A DNA stretch of 58,619 bases from the NCBI GenBank assembly GCA_044376115.1, contig JBILLK010000042.1, positions 1 through 58,619 on the forward strand, written 5' to 3'. Shown here one piece after another: positions 37,115 through 45,939 of this stretch. Below the pieces are notes generated by a model. The model made no database searches and was not told the DNA's origin. It worked only from the letters and a program-made list of their open reading frames with translations. Numbering within the stretch: the first letter of the stretch is position 1; every line of letters starts with the position of its first letter. Origin of the DNA: Polyangiaceae bacterium. Its GTDB lineage: Bacteria; Myxococcota_A; Polyangia; Polyangiales; Polyangiaceae. Both the position numbers and the translations under genes were made by a program.

Positions 37115-37888
37115 CTACTTGCGAGCGCGAGCGAGCTCGGCTTCGAGCTCGGCCACGCGCTTGAGAGCCTGCGCGGCACGCTCGGTCGCGAGGTCCGCCT
37201 GTTCGCGGGCGAGGTCCGCCTGTTCGCGGGCGAGGTCCGCCTGTTCGCGAGCGAGGTCCGCCTGTTCGCGGGCGCGCGCCTCATACTCCTCGCTTGAGAG
37301 CAGCAGCTGTCCGCCTGCGTCCAAGAGCCGCAGCGATACAGGATCCATCGGGCTCGGCCCGATGAACCAGGTGCCACCGAGCACGATCGACGGGGTTCGG
37401 TCTTCCTCGATCACCCGCTCGACGAGATCACCCTCGTGCCGATCCCAAACCCGCAGCCGAGCGCCGACTTCCGCTTCCTGATCGAACCAAATGAGCTCGC
37501 GCACTCCGAGCTCGGCGTACTCCTGAAGCTTGAGATCGTTGCGGCGATTGACCTGGCTAACGATCTCGATCGCCAGGTCTGGCGCCCCTCGTTCCCACGT
37601 CTTCCAGGTTGCGAAGTTCTCGTTGGTTGCGCCGAGCCGAACGAAGGCGTCGGGAGCGAGGCATCGCCGCGGATCGTCGCCGCGAAAGTAGACGAACTGG
37701 TCGGAACCGACCGCTGCTCGGTCTCCGAAGGCCCGCGAGAGCACCTGATAGAGCAGCGTGCGCATCGCCATATGCCGCCGTGACTCAGGCACCTTCAATG
37801 CCTCCCGAAAATGCAGCGGACGCGGAGCGCGTTTGTAGGTCACGCCTGCGTAAGCGGCACCGCTGGTTGGCTCAGCGGGGTTGATCAC
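37115..37888 (-). CDS. Uma2-family (restriction-endonuclease-like) protein
   Basis: LAPDAFV, APDLAIEIVS, KLQEYAELGVRELIWFD; AGGAGG RBS before GTG 37888 (alternative start 37906). Confidence 0.88.
   Translation of the reverse strand: MINPAEPTSGAAYAGVTYKRAPRPLHFREALKVPESRRHMAMRTLLYQVLSRAFGDRAAVGSDQFVYFRGDDPRRCLAPDAFVRLGATNENFATWKTWERGAPDLAIEIVSQVNRRNDLKLQEYAELGVRELIWFDQEAEVGARLRVWDRHEGDLVERVIEEDRTPSIVLGGTWFIGPSPMDPVSLRLLDAGGQLLLSSEEYEARAREQADLAREQADLAREQADLAREQADLATERAAQALKRVAELEAELARARK
37188..37271. repeat. 21-bp tandem repeat x4 encoding (REQADLA)n
   Basis: GCGAGGTCCGCCTGTTCGCGG repeated, one mismatch. Confidence 0.95.
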
Positions 37889-38000
37889 GGGAGACCTCCT
37901 GTCCACGTCGAGAGAGTAACAGCATGGGCGTCACCGAGCACGGAGCGAGCCAGTGCGAGGAGTACGTTTGGAGCGGTGTTATTAGGGTCTAGCGACGGTT

Positions 38001-38642
38001 TTGACTTGGCGGCCGCCGCGTTCCGCGGTGGCGGGCGCCAGGCTGTGGTTCTATCGTCGGTCTGCGCGCGTCCGCTCTTCGCAAGCGGAAGGAAGGCAAG
38101 TCATTCTGTTCGCTGCATCCAACCTCGGTGGAACGCCCTACCGCAAAGCCCCAGCCTCACGGCCGCCGAGCGACTGGCGGGACGATTTGGCTTGGGGACT
38201 AGGGGCTACGGGTGCTGTGGCGGCGTTGACCCTGCCGAATGTGTGGGGGAGCCACTGGCTTTACACCACTTGGGCCAAGCAGCGGTCCGCCGAGGCGATG
38301 GAGATGTTTAATAGGTTGGCGGGCGGCGCGAGCCGTGCGTACGACCGCGATGGGACGCTGTGTGAATCGGTGGGGCCCGTCCCAGCTGAGGTTCCGCGAG
38401 GCCGCTACTATCAACCGACGCCCCAAGATCAGGATGCGTTTGCCTGTCTGCGGATCTCGCTGCCGGCGCGCCAATACTACCAGTACACCTACACCCGCAC
38501 GGCCGACGGCTTTGTCGTAACCGTTCGTGGAGACCTCGACGGCGACGGCGTTCTCTCGGAGTTCAGCCGGAGCGGAAGGTTTAGCGCCGCCGGCTACCTG
38601 CTCCTCGCTGAGGACACCAAGTTTGAAGCCGAGCTCGAGTGA
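38001..38642 (+). CDS. Pilin-like protein (myxobacterial PilA-like C-terminal domain)
   Basis: KQRSAEA helix, C...C pair, QYYQYTY, RGDLDGDG; start uncertain. Confidence 0.6.
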   Translation: MTWRPPRSAVAGARLWFYRRSARVRSSQAEGRQVILFAASNLGGTPYRKAPASRPPSDWRDDLAWGLGATGAVAALTLPNVWGSHWLYTTWAKQRSAEAMEMFNRLAGGASRAYDRDGTLCESVGPVPAEVPRGRYYQPTPQDQDAFACLRISLPARQYYQYTYTRTADGFVVTVRGDLDGDGVLSEFSRSGRFSAAGYLLLAEDTKFEAELE

Positions 38643-38647
38643 CTGCT

Positions 38648-39289
38648 TTATCGCCGCTTGGGCGACGGAGCGCGTTGGCTTTTTCGGGCAGTCGGCTGCT
38701 TCGGCACGTCGGCCAACATGCGTTCGAGCAGCTCGGCCCATACGGCCTGGCTGGTTGGGGCTCCGCCGTGAGCGACCCGCGCGTACTCCCCGATCAGCGT
38801 GAGGTAGAGCGCGCGGGCGCGGTGTGCGGCCTTGCTTCGAGCCACACCTGCGGCCACCAGCAGCTCCTCGACGTATTTCTCCCGCTGCTGGTCGATGCGC
38901 GCAAGTCGCGCCCCAGCGCCCGCATCGTGCGTACCCCAGGCGCGAATGGCGTGTTCAACGTCGGGAGCCTCGGAGGCCATCGTGGTTACGCGCAAGAGCT
39001 CGGCTAGGCGCGCGCGCGGCGCTGCGGAGGACGCGTCGACGAAGTCGATGACCGCTTGAGTGGCCTGCCGTTCCCAGTCCGAAAGCAACGCATCGAGCAG
39101 CGCCGCACGATCGCGGAAGTGCCAGTAGAAGCTGCCTTTGGTCACCCCGAGCTGGGTCGCTAGCGGCTCGACCCGGACCGCCTCTACGCCGCCGCGTGCC
39201 AGCTCCTGCCAGGCCGCTCTGAGCCAGGCCTCGGGGCCGAGGGCAGCGCTGGGTTTGGCCGGGATTTTTGAGCGAGTGCGTCGTTCCAT
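38648..39289 (-). CDS. TetR/AcrR-family regulator
   Basis: VRVEPLATQLGVTKGSFYWHFRDR. Confidence 0.93.
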   Translation of the reverse strand: MERRTRSKIPAKPSAALGPEAWLRAAWQELARGGVEAVRVEPLATQLGVTKGSFYWHFRDRAALLDALLSDWERQATQAVIDFVDASSAAPRARLAELLRVTTMASEAPDVEHAIRAWGTHDAGAGARLARIDQQREKYVEELLVAAGVARSKAAHRARALYLTLIGEYARVAHGGAPTSQAVWAELLERMLADVPKQPTARKSQRAPSPKRR

Positions 39290-39348
39290 ACGGTGCCGTA
39301 TTGAAAGCACACGATGCCTGCTCTATCTATCCATACGCAAGCGTATGG
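39286..39348. promoter_or_regulatory. Two related palindromes, candidate TetR operators
   Basis: CCATACGGTGCCGTATTG (39286-39303) and CCATACGCAAGCGTATGG (39331-39348). Confidence 0.75.
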
Positions 39349-40127
39349 AGGTCCCTGTGAGTCGTCTCGTTTGTGTGGCCATTCTCGTCATCACCGCCCT
39401 GCTTCACTCCGTGCTCGGGGAAAGGCGGCTGCTACAGCCTCTGTTCAAGCAGCCGATGCCGCGAGACGCGATGCCGCTCGGTCGGGCGTTCGTCGAGTGG
39501 ACGTTGCGCTTCGTCTGGCATTTGCTGAGCGTGACCTGGCTCGCCGTAGCTTGGCTCGTCGTGCGCGCGGATGACGCAGCGTTGATGGCGGTGGGCGTGA
39601 TGCTGCTCGTGTCGAGCGCGTTGGCGCTCGCCATCTCACGCGGACGTCACTTCGCTTGGGCGCTGTTTGCGGTTGGCGGTGCTGCAGCTGTTTTCGGACC
39701 GCAGCTCGCGCAGGTTGGCCCGGTCGCTGCAGGCGTTGCGGCGCTGCTTTTGCTGGCGATCGCGGGGCTCCACCTGGGTTGGGAATTCGGTTTGCGTTGG
39801 GGCCGCGCGGTGGTCATTCCGGAGCTCGCAGGTCGGCCTGCGTTCCACCCTCCGCGTGGGCTCACCGCGTTGGTTGCGCTCGCCTGCGCAGCCGCCGCCG
39901 GCGTCGTGTGGCTCGCCGCGCGCTCCGCAGCAGCGCATTGGGCGTGGCTCGCCCTCGCCGGCGCCTTCGTCTTTGGCGCCCGCGCGCTCGGAGACTTTCG
40001 CCTCGTCGGCCTGACCAAGCGGGTCTACTCGACTCCGTTCGCACGCTGGGATGATCGGCTCTTCACGCCGCTCTCGCTGGTGCTCGCGGTTTGCTTCGCC
40101 GTGGTCGGCGCTCGGGGGCTTTCATGA
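39345..40127 (+). CDS. Membrane protein with DUF3995-like C-terminal half
   Basis: Multi-TM; RALGDFRLVGLTKR...FARWDDRLFTPL. Confidence 0.75.
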   Translation: MEVPVSRLVCVAILVITALLHSVLGERRLLQPLFKQPMPRDAMPLGRAFVEWTLRFVWHLLSVTWLAVAWLVVRADDAALMAVGVMLLVSSALALAISRGRHFAWALFAVGGAAAVFGPQLAQVGPVAAGVAALLLLAIAGLHLGWEFGLRWGRAVVIPELAGRPAFHPPRGLTALVALACAAAAGVVWLAARSAAAHWAWLALAGAFVFGARALGDFRLVGLTKRVYSTPFARWDDRLFTPLSLVLAVCFAVVGARGLS

Positions 40128-40498
40128 AGCGCTTCGCTGGTCGTTGGCTGCTCGCCGTCGCCGTCATTCACACAGCCTTCGCGCTGTTGGTCTTTCACGC
40201 CGAACTCTTGGCCATTCTGAGGGCGGGCTTCGTGGATGCCATCGGCGAGGACCCAACCCGCGCAGCGGTGGCCTGGTTCACACTCTTTGGTGGGGTGCTC
40301 GCCGCCGCTGCGGTTGCCGTTGATGAGCTCGAACAGCGCGGCGCTCCGCTGCGCCGCGCCGGACTCGCGCTCCTGCCGCTGGTGATCCTGGGCCTCTTGT
40401 GGATGCCCGCCTCGGGCCTGTGGCTCGTGCTACCGGCCATCGCCTTCATGGTGCGAAGTCGGGCGCAAGCTGGGATGGCGGGGCCGCTCGAGGGGTGA
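40124..40498 (+). CDS. Small membrane protein (DUF6463-like)
   Basis: GRWLLAVAVIHT, AWFTLFG, MPASGLW; ATGA overlap. Confidence 0.72.
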   Translation: MKRFAGRWLLAVAVIHTAFALLVFHAELLAILRAGFVDAIGEDPTRAAVAWFTLFGGVLAAAAVAVDELEQRGAPLRRAGLALLPLVILGLLWMPASGLWLVLPAIAFMVRSRAQAGMAGPLEG

Positions 40499-40517
40499 GC
40501 GGCTGCTGCGGCAGGGC

Positions 40518-41345
40518 TCAGCTCTCCTCGATGAGCGCAAGGATCTCTGCGTGGCCACGCTTTTCGGCCCAAGCTCGAACGCTGCAACCCTCAGCGTCCT
40601 GGTGGTTCCGATTGGCTCCTGCGGCGAGCAGACGAGTGAGCACTGCACAATGATTGTCCGCGCCTACAAGCTCATCCTCACAGGCCTCGAGGTTGTGGGC
40701 GATCGCATAGATCAGCGAACTGCGTCCGCGTGCATCGACTGCGTCGACGTCCACTCCGATCGCGAGCAGCTCGTCGACGATCGCGAGGTGTCCGTGCGCA
40801 GCGGCCGTCATCAGCGGTGTAGAGCCCATGACCGTTCCTGCGTTCGGGTCGAAGCCGCGCGCGAAGAGCAGCCGAACGATTTCGAGCGAGCCACGGATGA
40901 GCGCAAGATCGAGTGCAGAGACGTACCCAGCGTACGGTCCGCGGTCGTACGGGCCCGGATCGGCGCCGTGGTTGAGCAGCAGCTCGAAGATTGTTGCATC
41001 GCCGGTGTTCACCGCAACGATGATCGGAAGGTCGCAGTGGTAGCGCGGGCGCGGGGATACCTGGACCCCCGCCGCGATGAGCATACGAACGGCCTCCAGC
41101 GAACGCGCACGGATCGCTGCGACGAGAGGACGCAGTCCGCGGAGGTCGGGGAGGTTGGGTGAGGCCCCGGCGTCGAGCAGCATCCGCACCGCTTCGAGGT
41201 TAACCATCCGCAGCGCGATGTTGATCGGCGCTTCACCCTGAGCGCCGCGGGCATCCGGGGACGCGCCTCGGCGCAACGCGGCTGCGATGAGTGAAGCCCT
41301 TCCACTCTCGACCGCACGCAGGAGCTCCCCGTCTCTCTTGTTCAT
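40518..41345 (-). CDS. Ankyrin-repeat protein
   Basis: TPLMTAAAHGHLAIVDELLAIGVDVDAVD and several similar repeats. Confidence 0.92.
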   Translation of the reverse strand: MNKRDGELLRAVESGRASLIAAALRRGASPDARGAQGEAPINIALRMVNLEAVRMLLDAGASPNLPDLRGLRPLVAAIRARSLEAVRMLIAAGVQVSPRPRYHCDLPIIVAVNTGDATIFELLLNHGADPGPYDRGPYAGYVSALDLALIRGSLEIVRLLFARGFDPNAGTVMGSTPLMTAAAHGHLAIVDELLAIGVDVDAVDARGRSSLIYAIAHNLEACEDELVGADNHCAVLTRLLAAGANRNHQDAEGCSVRAWAEKRGHAEILALIEES

Positions 41346-41372
41346 TCGCTTTCGTCTTCCTGATCGTGCCGG

Positions 41373-42596
41373 CTACAGGTCGATTGCGCGTGGGTTGCTC
41401 AACACCTCGAGTCGACGCGCTGGATTCATCATCGGCGCGAGCGCCGGGAGTACGAGCAGCTCGATGGGCGCGCATCCGCCTTGATGGTTTGGCCTCCAGC
41501 CTGCGAGACGAGCTTGAATGGTCTGCCAGGCGAGCTCGAGGCGCCCCACGGCCATGAGCGCACAGGCCGCCTTGACGGCTGCGTCGAAGCCAAGCTTCGG
41601 GTTGGCTTCATCCCAGTACTCAATCATTCGCTCGTCTAGGCGGAACGCCATCGCTACAGCGAAGCGATGTGCAGCGAACTCGAGGGGTTTGCCTTTGAAG
41701 CGCTTGGCCATGGACGGATCCGCCAAGGCCTTGTCGAGGTGGGCTTGATTCACGGCAACTTGTGCGTCCGTCAGTGGTTCGAGGTGCAGGCTATCGGTGA
41801 GCAGGCACGCCAAAACCGTGGCCGCGAACTTCGCGGGGGCGCTCGCTGCTGCGCGGTCGATCAAGGAGGGATCAGCCAACTCCCGAGCGAGCACGCGCAG
41901 CAGTCGGCAGTGGTCGACAAAGGGGTTGATCGGCCCGAAGCTGTCTCCCTTCGCGATCACGGTCAGACAAGGCTCGACCGCCTCGGCCCAGCGACCTTGG
42001 TAGGCGAGGAGTTCGGCCGCGCCGCCTGCTGCGCTGGCATCCCCGGCCTGCGAAAGCTGCAGCAGCGTGGGGAGAGCCGCCTCCGTATTCCCGCTGCGTG
42101 CGAGCCGAGCAGCCTCGAGCAGCGGGGAGACAGGCTTTGCCTTCTTGCCCCTCGGCTTTGCCGCTACCGGCTCGAAGCGGACATGCACCATCGGCTCTGC
42201 CAGCGGCGCAGGCCACAGCATGAGCTCGATGGTTTCGCTGCCCGCCAGCCGATGGACCGCGAGGACCCGCAGCGGCCCGGCGGGGACAGCGACGCGTCGC
42301 GCTTTGCTGAGTTCGTCGGTGCAGCCCATCACGAGCACGCGTCCGGAGCTGCATTGCAAGCTCGCGGAGGTCACGTGATCGCCTAGGGGTAAGGGCGACG
42401 GCGCAGCCGCGAGCACAAAGACCGTGACGCGCACGGTGGTCGCCTCTCGCGTGCCAATGCCAATAGCGCCTGGTGCGGCCGCGATGCGATCCTCGACGGC
42501 TTGGACCGTCCACGCGTCCCCGAGCGCGCCTCGACTCTCCTCGTCGAGCAGGTGGAGCTGGCGATAATCGGCGAAGAGCTGCAGTGTGGTGCTCAT
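41373..42596 (-). CDS. Hypothetical protein; N-terminal domain possibly ComJ/immunity-like
   Basis: ATG 42596; LFADYRQLHLLD...WT...IGIGT N-terminal domain, helical C-terminus; family resemblance weak. Confidence 0.6.
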   Translation of the reverse strand: MSTTLQLFADYRQLHLLDEESRGALGDAWTVQAVEDRIAAAPGAIGIGTREATTVRVTVFVLAAAPSPLPLGDHVTSASLQCSSGRVLVMGCTDELSKARRVAVPAGPLRVLAVHRLAGSETIELMLWPAPLAEPMVHVRFEPVAAKPRGKKAKPVSPLLEAARLARSGNTEAALPTLLQLSQAGDASAAGGAAELLAYQGRWAEAVEPCLTVIAKGDSFGPINPFVDHCRLLRVLARELADPSLIDRAAASAPAKFAATVLACLLTDSLHLEPLTDAQVAVNQAHLDKALADPSMAKRFKGKPLEFAAHRFAVAMAFRLDERMIEYWDEANPKLGFDAAVKAACALMAVGRLELAWQTIQARLAGWRPNHQGGCAPIELLVLPALAPMMNPARRLEVLSNPRAIDL

Positions 42597-42781
42597 GGTC
42601 GCGCTGTGGCGAGGACGTCCTAGCGTACGGACGCATTCTCCACCTGCTCGGCCAACATACGCGAGCATTACTAGGCAATCTCCAAACGTGCGCGGCGCGC
42701 AAAGAAGACGAGGCTTGGCGAAGCGGATGCGCTTGGAGACCTCATCGACGTCGGCTCATAGTGTTGTCGTCGAGGAAAGGC

Positions 42782-42991
42782 ATGGCAGGAACTGCACCCG
42801 TCGTTGTGCTGGGCGGGGGCGCCGGCAGCGGAGAGGGCGGTGGAAACGGCTCCAACGGCAGCTGCACCAACGGCAGCTGCACCAACGGCTCCTCTGGTGC
42901 GTCTGCGCGTGACCCCGCAGAGGCAGATCGCGTCGTGCCCAACCGACCAGGTGCAGCAAGGCGCTGCGGAGAGGAAGAAGACGAAGAATGA
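42782..42991 (+). other. Short Gly/Asn/Ser-rich ORF (69 aa), possible gene remnant
   Basis: GAGGAAAGG before the ATG; contains 15-bp repeat CCAACGGCAGCTGCA (42852-42889); stop overlaps ATG 42988. Confidence 0.35.
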
Positions 42992-44667
42992 CGACACCCG
43001 AGTGGAAGCAGCTGAAGCACGCCCAAGGTCCGGCCACGCGAGTCCCCGCGCAGCTCAAGAAGCTGCTCGGAACCGCCGAGGCGCGGGAGGAAGCCCTTTA
43101 CCAGCTCAGGGAGGCCCTTGTTGCGCCCGGCGAGTGGTTCTCGGCGAGCGGGCCGGCAGCGGAGCTGCTCGCAAAGCAAGCGGCCACTGGAAAGCCAGGG
43201 CACGAACTCTGTCTGCGCCTGTTGGGCGAGATGGCGGCTGGCGACCACAATTGGTTCGTCTCCGTGTCTGCGCCCGAGCTCCGTAGCGCTGCGCGGCTCT
43301 CTGCCGAGACTCTGCACGCGGCAAGCCTTGCTCTCCCTACCGCGGTGTCGATGCTGGCTCACCCCGAGCCAGCACTCCGAGCGGCCGCGGTCTTCTTTCT
43401 TGGCTTGGTTCCTGGCGGCGCCGACTCACTGACAAGGCTTGGCGAGCTCGCCCAACGCGACCCATCGGTCGAGGTGCGCGCGACAGCAACGGTCACGCTG
43501 GGCTTGCTGGCTCGCGCTGGGCGGAAGGACGCGGAGGAGCTCCTCGAACAGTTGGTGCTCGACGACTCTTTACTGAAGTCCGCGCGTTGGGCCGGGCGCG
43601 TGATTGCTGGTCTAGCCACGAGCGCTGAAGAAGACGCAGCAGGAGCGGCTGGTTGGTTCTCCGCGCGTTGGGCCGCGACCCCCTGGTGTTCTGCGAGCAG
43701 CAGCGCACGGTGGATCCGGGCGCTGGTCCCCGAGACGAACCGACGGGCCGTGGTGGCTCCCGCGATCGTGAAGTCGTTCGTAGCGGCGGGGGGGCCACAG
43801 AGTCGACAGCGGGCAATTGCAGAGCTTGCACTCGAGCTGGCCGGCTTCAAGGCGAACTTCAACGAGCTGGAGGTCGTGGCCGCAGAGCGTCTCGACGACG
43901 GACAGCGCCAAACGGCTGCGGCCTTGATGGAGATGCCCAACGTCGTCTTGGCGCTGCGCTGGGGCTTGCCTGGCAGTGCCCGCGCCATCGGCAAGTGGCT
44001 CGAACTCTCGCCTCCGTCGCCGCTCGAAGCAAAAGACAAAGGCGGGCAGCGACGCTGGCAGCGCGTACGAGCGGTCATCGCTGACGGGCGCCCGTCCGCG
44101 GAAGTGATCGAAACTGCGATGGCAGACCTAACGCCGCTCGAAAAGCTCCAGGTCGCGCAGGAACTCTTGATGGGCGCGTACAAGATCCTGCTGCATGCCG
44201 AGACCGAGATCTCGCCGGCCGCGCTGAACGAGCTAGCAACCGCGGCCGGCAAAGACGCTGTGAGTTGGGCGGAATCGCTCGTCTCACTCGCGGCCGCCTG
44301 GGCCCGTGAATCACTCAATCCCTTTTCCCTACTCCACGCGCATCTGTTCGTCGCGTTCAAGGTCATGGTGCGGGCGAAGGTCGCGCTCGAGCCAGATTGG
44401 GACGACGCCATCGGAGTCGAGCCGCCGGATGACGCGCGGCTCGTGCTCGAGGCGATCTCACCCGAGCGCCGAGCTTCGCTGCTCATGCGCAGGCTTGACA
44501 GGTACCCTCCAGCGGGTCAGGGATTCTTGATCGCGAAGACGATGCCACTCATGGATCTCGTTGCCTCGCCAGCGCTGATTGCTCGCTTCAAAACGTTGAT
44601 GTCTTCGCAGGCAGTCAGCGACGGAGCGGGCCCCGACACGGCCCAAAAGGTGGCCGCGCTGCCGTAG
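42988..44667 (+). CDS. HEAT-repeat-like hypothetical protein
   Basis: WKQLKHAQGPATRVPAQL, HPEPALRAAAVFFLG, DPSVEVRATATVTLG. Confidence 0.75.
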   Translation: MTTPEWKQLKHAQGPATRVPAQLKKLLGTAEAREEALYQLREALVAPGEWFSASGPAAELLAKQAATGKPGHELCLRLLGEMAAGDHNWFVSVSAPELRSAARLSAETLHAASLALPTAVSMLAHPEPALRAAAVFFLGLVPGGADSLTRLGELAQRDPSVEVRATATVTLGLLARAGRKDAEELLEQLVLDDSLLKSARWAGRVIAGLATSAEEDAAGAAGWFSARWAATPWCSASSSARWIRALVPETNRRAVVAPAIVKSFVAAGGPQSRQRAIAELALELAGFKANFNELEVVAAERLDDGQRQTAAALMEMPNVVLALRWGLPGSARAIGKWLELSPPSPLEAKDKGGQRRWQRVRAVIADGRPSAEVIETAMADLTPLEKLQVAQELLMGAYKILLHAETEISPAALNELATAAGKDAVSWAESLVSLAAAWARESLNPFSLLHAHLFVAFKVMVRAKVALEPDWDDAIGVEPPDDARLVLEAISPERRASLLMRRLDRYPPAGQGFLIAKTMPLMDLVASPALIARFKTLMSSQAVSDGAGPDTAQKVAALP

Positions 44668-44759
44668 CCATGAGTGGGAGGACCAGTCGTGCGGCGGAAC
44701 GGCAGGTGGCGGAGCTCGTAGCGTTCAGAGGAGCCCGAGCCGAGCTGGCCTGAGCGACC

Positions 44760-45125
44760 TCACTGCTCGAATAGCGCCAGCGTGAGCAGCGCCCGCCGCC
44801 GCGCCGATTCGACGAGTCGAAGCGCTCCGGCCGTGTCGGGTGCTGCTCGGCTCTCTTCCTTCAGCAGCAGCGCGTGAATCGTCGACAGATGGTCGCGTTG
44901 CTCCTGGCAAGGCGCGATGCCGTCAACTTTGCCAGCCTCGCGGCTTCGCACCAGCGCCTCGTCGAGCCGCGCCATCAGCCTTTCGCATTCCTCGATCAGC
45001 GCTCCGATGTCAGTGACGACTCGAAGCGTCGTTGGATCCGTCGTCCGTGGCTGCCCTGCGTCACTCACCTGATCGCTTCTAGTCGCTGCGCCGCTCCGTG
45101 CAACCTTGATGGCACGAGTCCTCAC
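44760..45125 (-). CDS. Hypothetical protein
   Basis: Helical-looking ORF filling the gap; no recognised motif, start uncertain. Confidence 0.4.
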   Translation of the reverse strand: MRTRAIKVARSGAATRSDQVSDAGQPRTTDPTTLRVVTDIGALIEECERLMARLDEALVRSREAGKVDGIAPCQEQRDHLSTIHALLLKEESRAAPDTAGALRLVESARRRALLTLALFEQ

Positions 45126-45168
45126 CGCTCAGCGAGAGAACGGACTGTTCCCACCCGGGCTCCGAAGT

Positions 45169-45711
45169 TCAGAGCGACATGTAGTAGAACATTCGGCGAT
45201 CCGTCGAGACTGCGCGGCGGGCGACCTTAGCGAGGTGGGAAACGACCCCGCTGAGCGACTCATCCATTTCACAGTCGCTCTGAACGGAGCAAGCGACCTC
45301 TTCGAGCTGCTCAGGCGTCAGTGCTGCCAAGGCCGCGGTCATGGCGTCGGGGATCTCCCCCACCGCGCAGTCGGCCTCTTGCGGTCCAACCAGGGCGTAT
45401 CGACCGAGCTTGGCCCTCTCCTCGGCTGAATTTGGCACGAGCCTCGCGACGAGCGCAGCGAGGGGCTCTGTGAGGTCGCGGAAGCTTGCGCGCTCGTGCT
45501 CCTTGAGCAGATTGACGATCTGCTCGTCTTCGGCTCCTTCTGGCGCTGCGGTGAGCAGCTCGAAGCCCCACGAGGTGGACCGCACGCCCGTGAAAGGGTT
45601 GACCCGCGTGCGCTCTGCGAAGGGACCGTACTCTGCGAGTACCCACCCGGGGGCTGCTTTCAGTAGCTCATCTGTCGTTGCTGCGAAGTACTCGTATCTA
45701 ACTCCCATCAC
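45169..45711 (-). CDS. Hypothetical protein
   Basis: 180-aa ORF with typical codon usage; RVNPFTG motif. Confidence 0.65.
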   Translation of the reverse strand: MMGVRYEYFAATTDELLKAAPGWVLAEYGPFAERTRVNPFTGVRSTSWGFELLTAAPEGAEDEQIVNLLKEHERASFRDLTEPLAALVARLVPNSAEERAKLGRYALVGPQEADCAVGEIPDAMTAALAALTPEQLEEVACSVQSDCEMDESLSGVVSHLAKVARRAVSTDRRMFYYMSL

Positions 45712-45903
45712 TCGCAGTTAGTTGATGCGGAGGACGCTGCGCAAGGTCGTTCGAGAGTCGCGCTCGATCGCGAGGTCGGCCCCGCGAGCCGACGACGCTC
45801 GAGGAGTTCGTCCTGCTCGGCGTCGGGGCCGAACGTGAGCTGCGGGTCGTCAAGGGCGAGGTCGAGCTCGCGGAGTAAAATGCACAAGGGGAGGTCAGCT
45901 TTC

Positions 45904-45938
45904 GTCGCCCCGCTGCGTCAGGGTGCTGCGGAGGCGAC
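45904..45938 (+). promoter_or_regulatory. 5'-UTR hairpin overlapping the Shine-Dalgarno of the release-factor homologue
   Basis: GTCGCC-CCGC (45904-45913) pairs with GCGG-A-GGCGAC (45928-45938); SD GGAGG at 45930-45934. Confidence 0.55.
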
Positions 45939-45939
45939 C

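Noticed and set aside
45721..45878. Coding-like fragment ending ...VVKGEVELAE-stop upstream of the release-factor gene
   Set aside because: No credible start or recognisable family; cannot be supported
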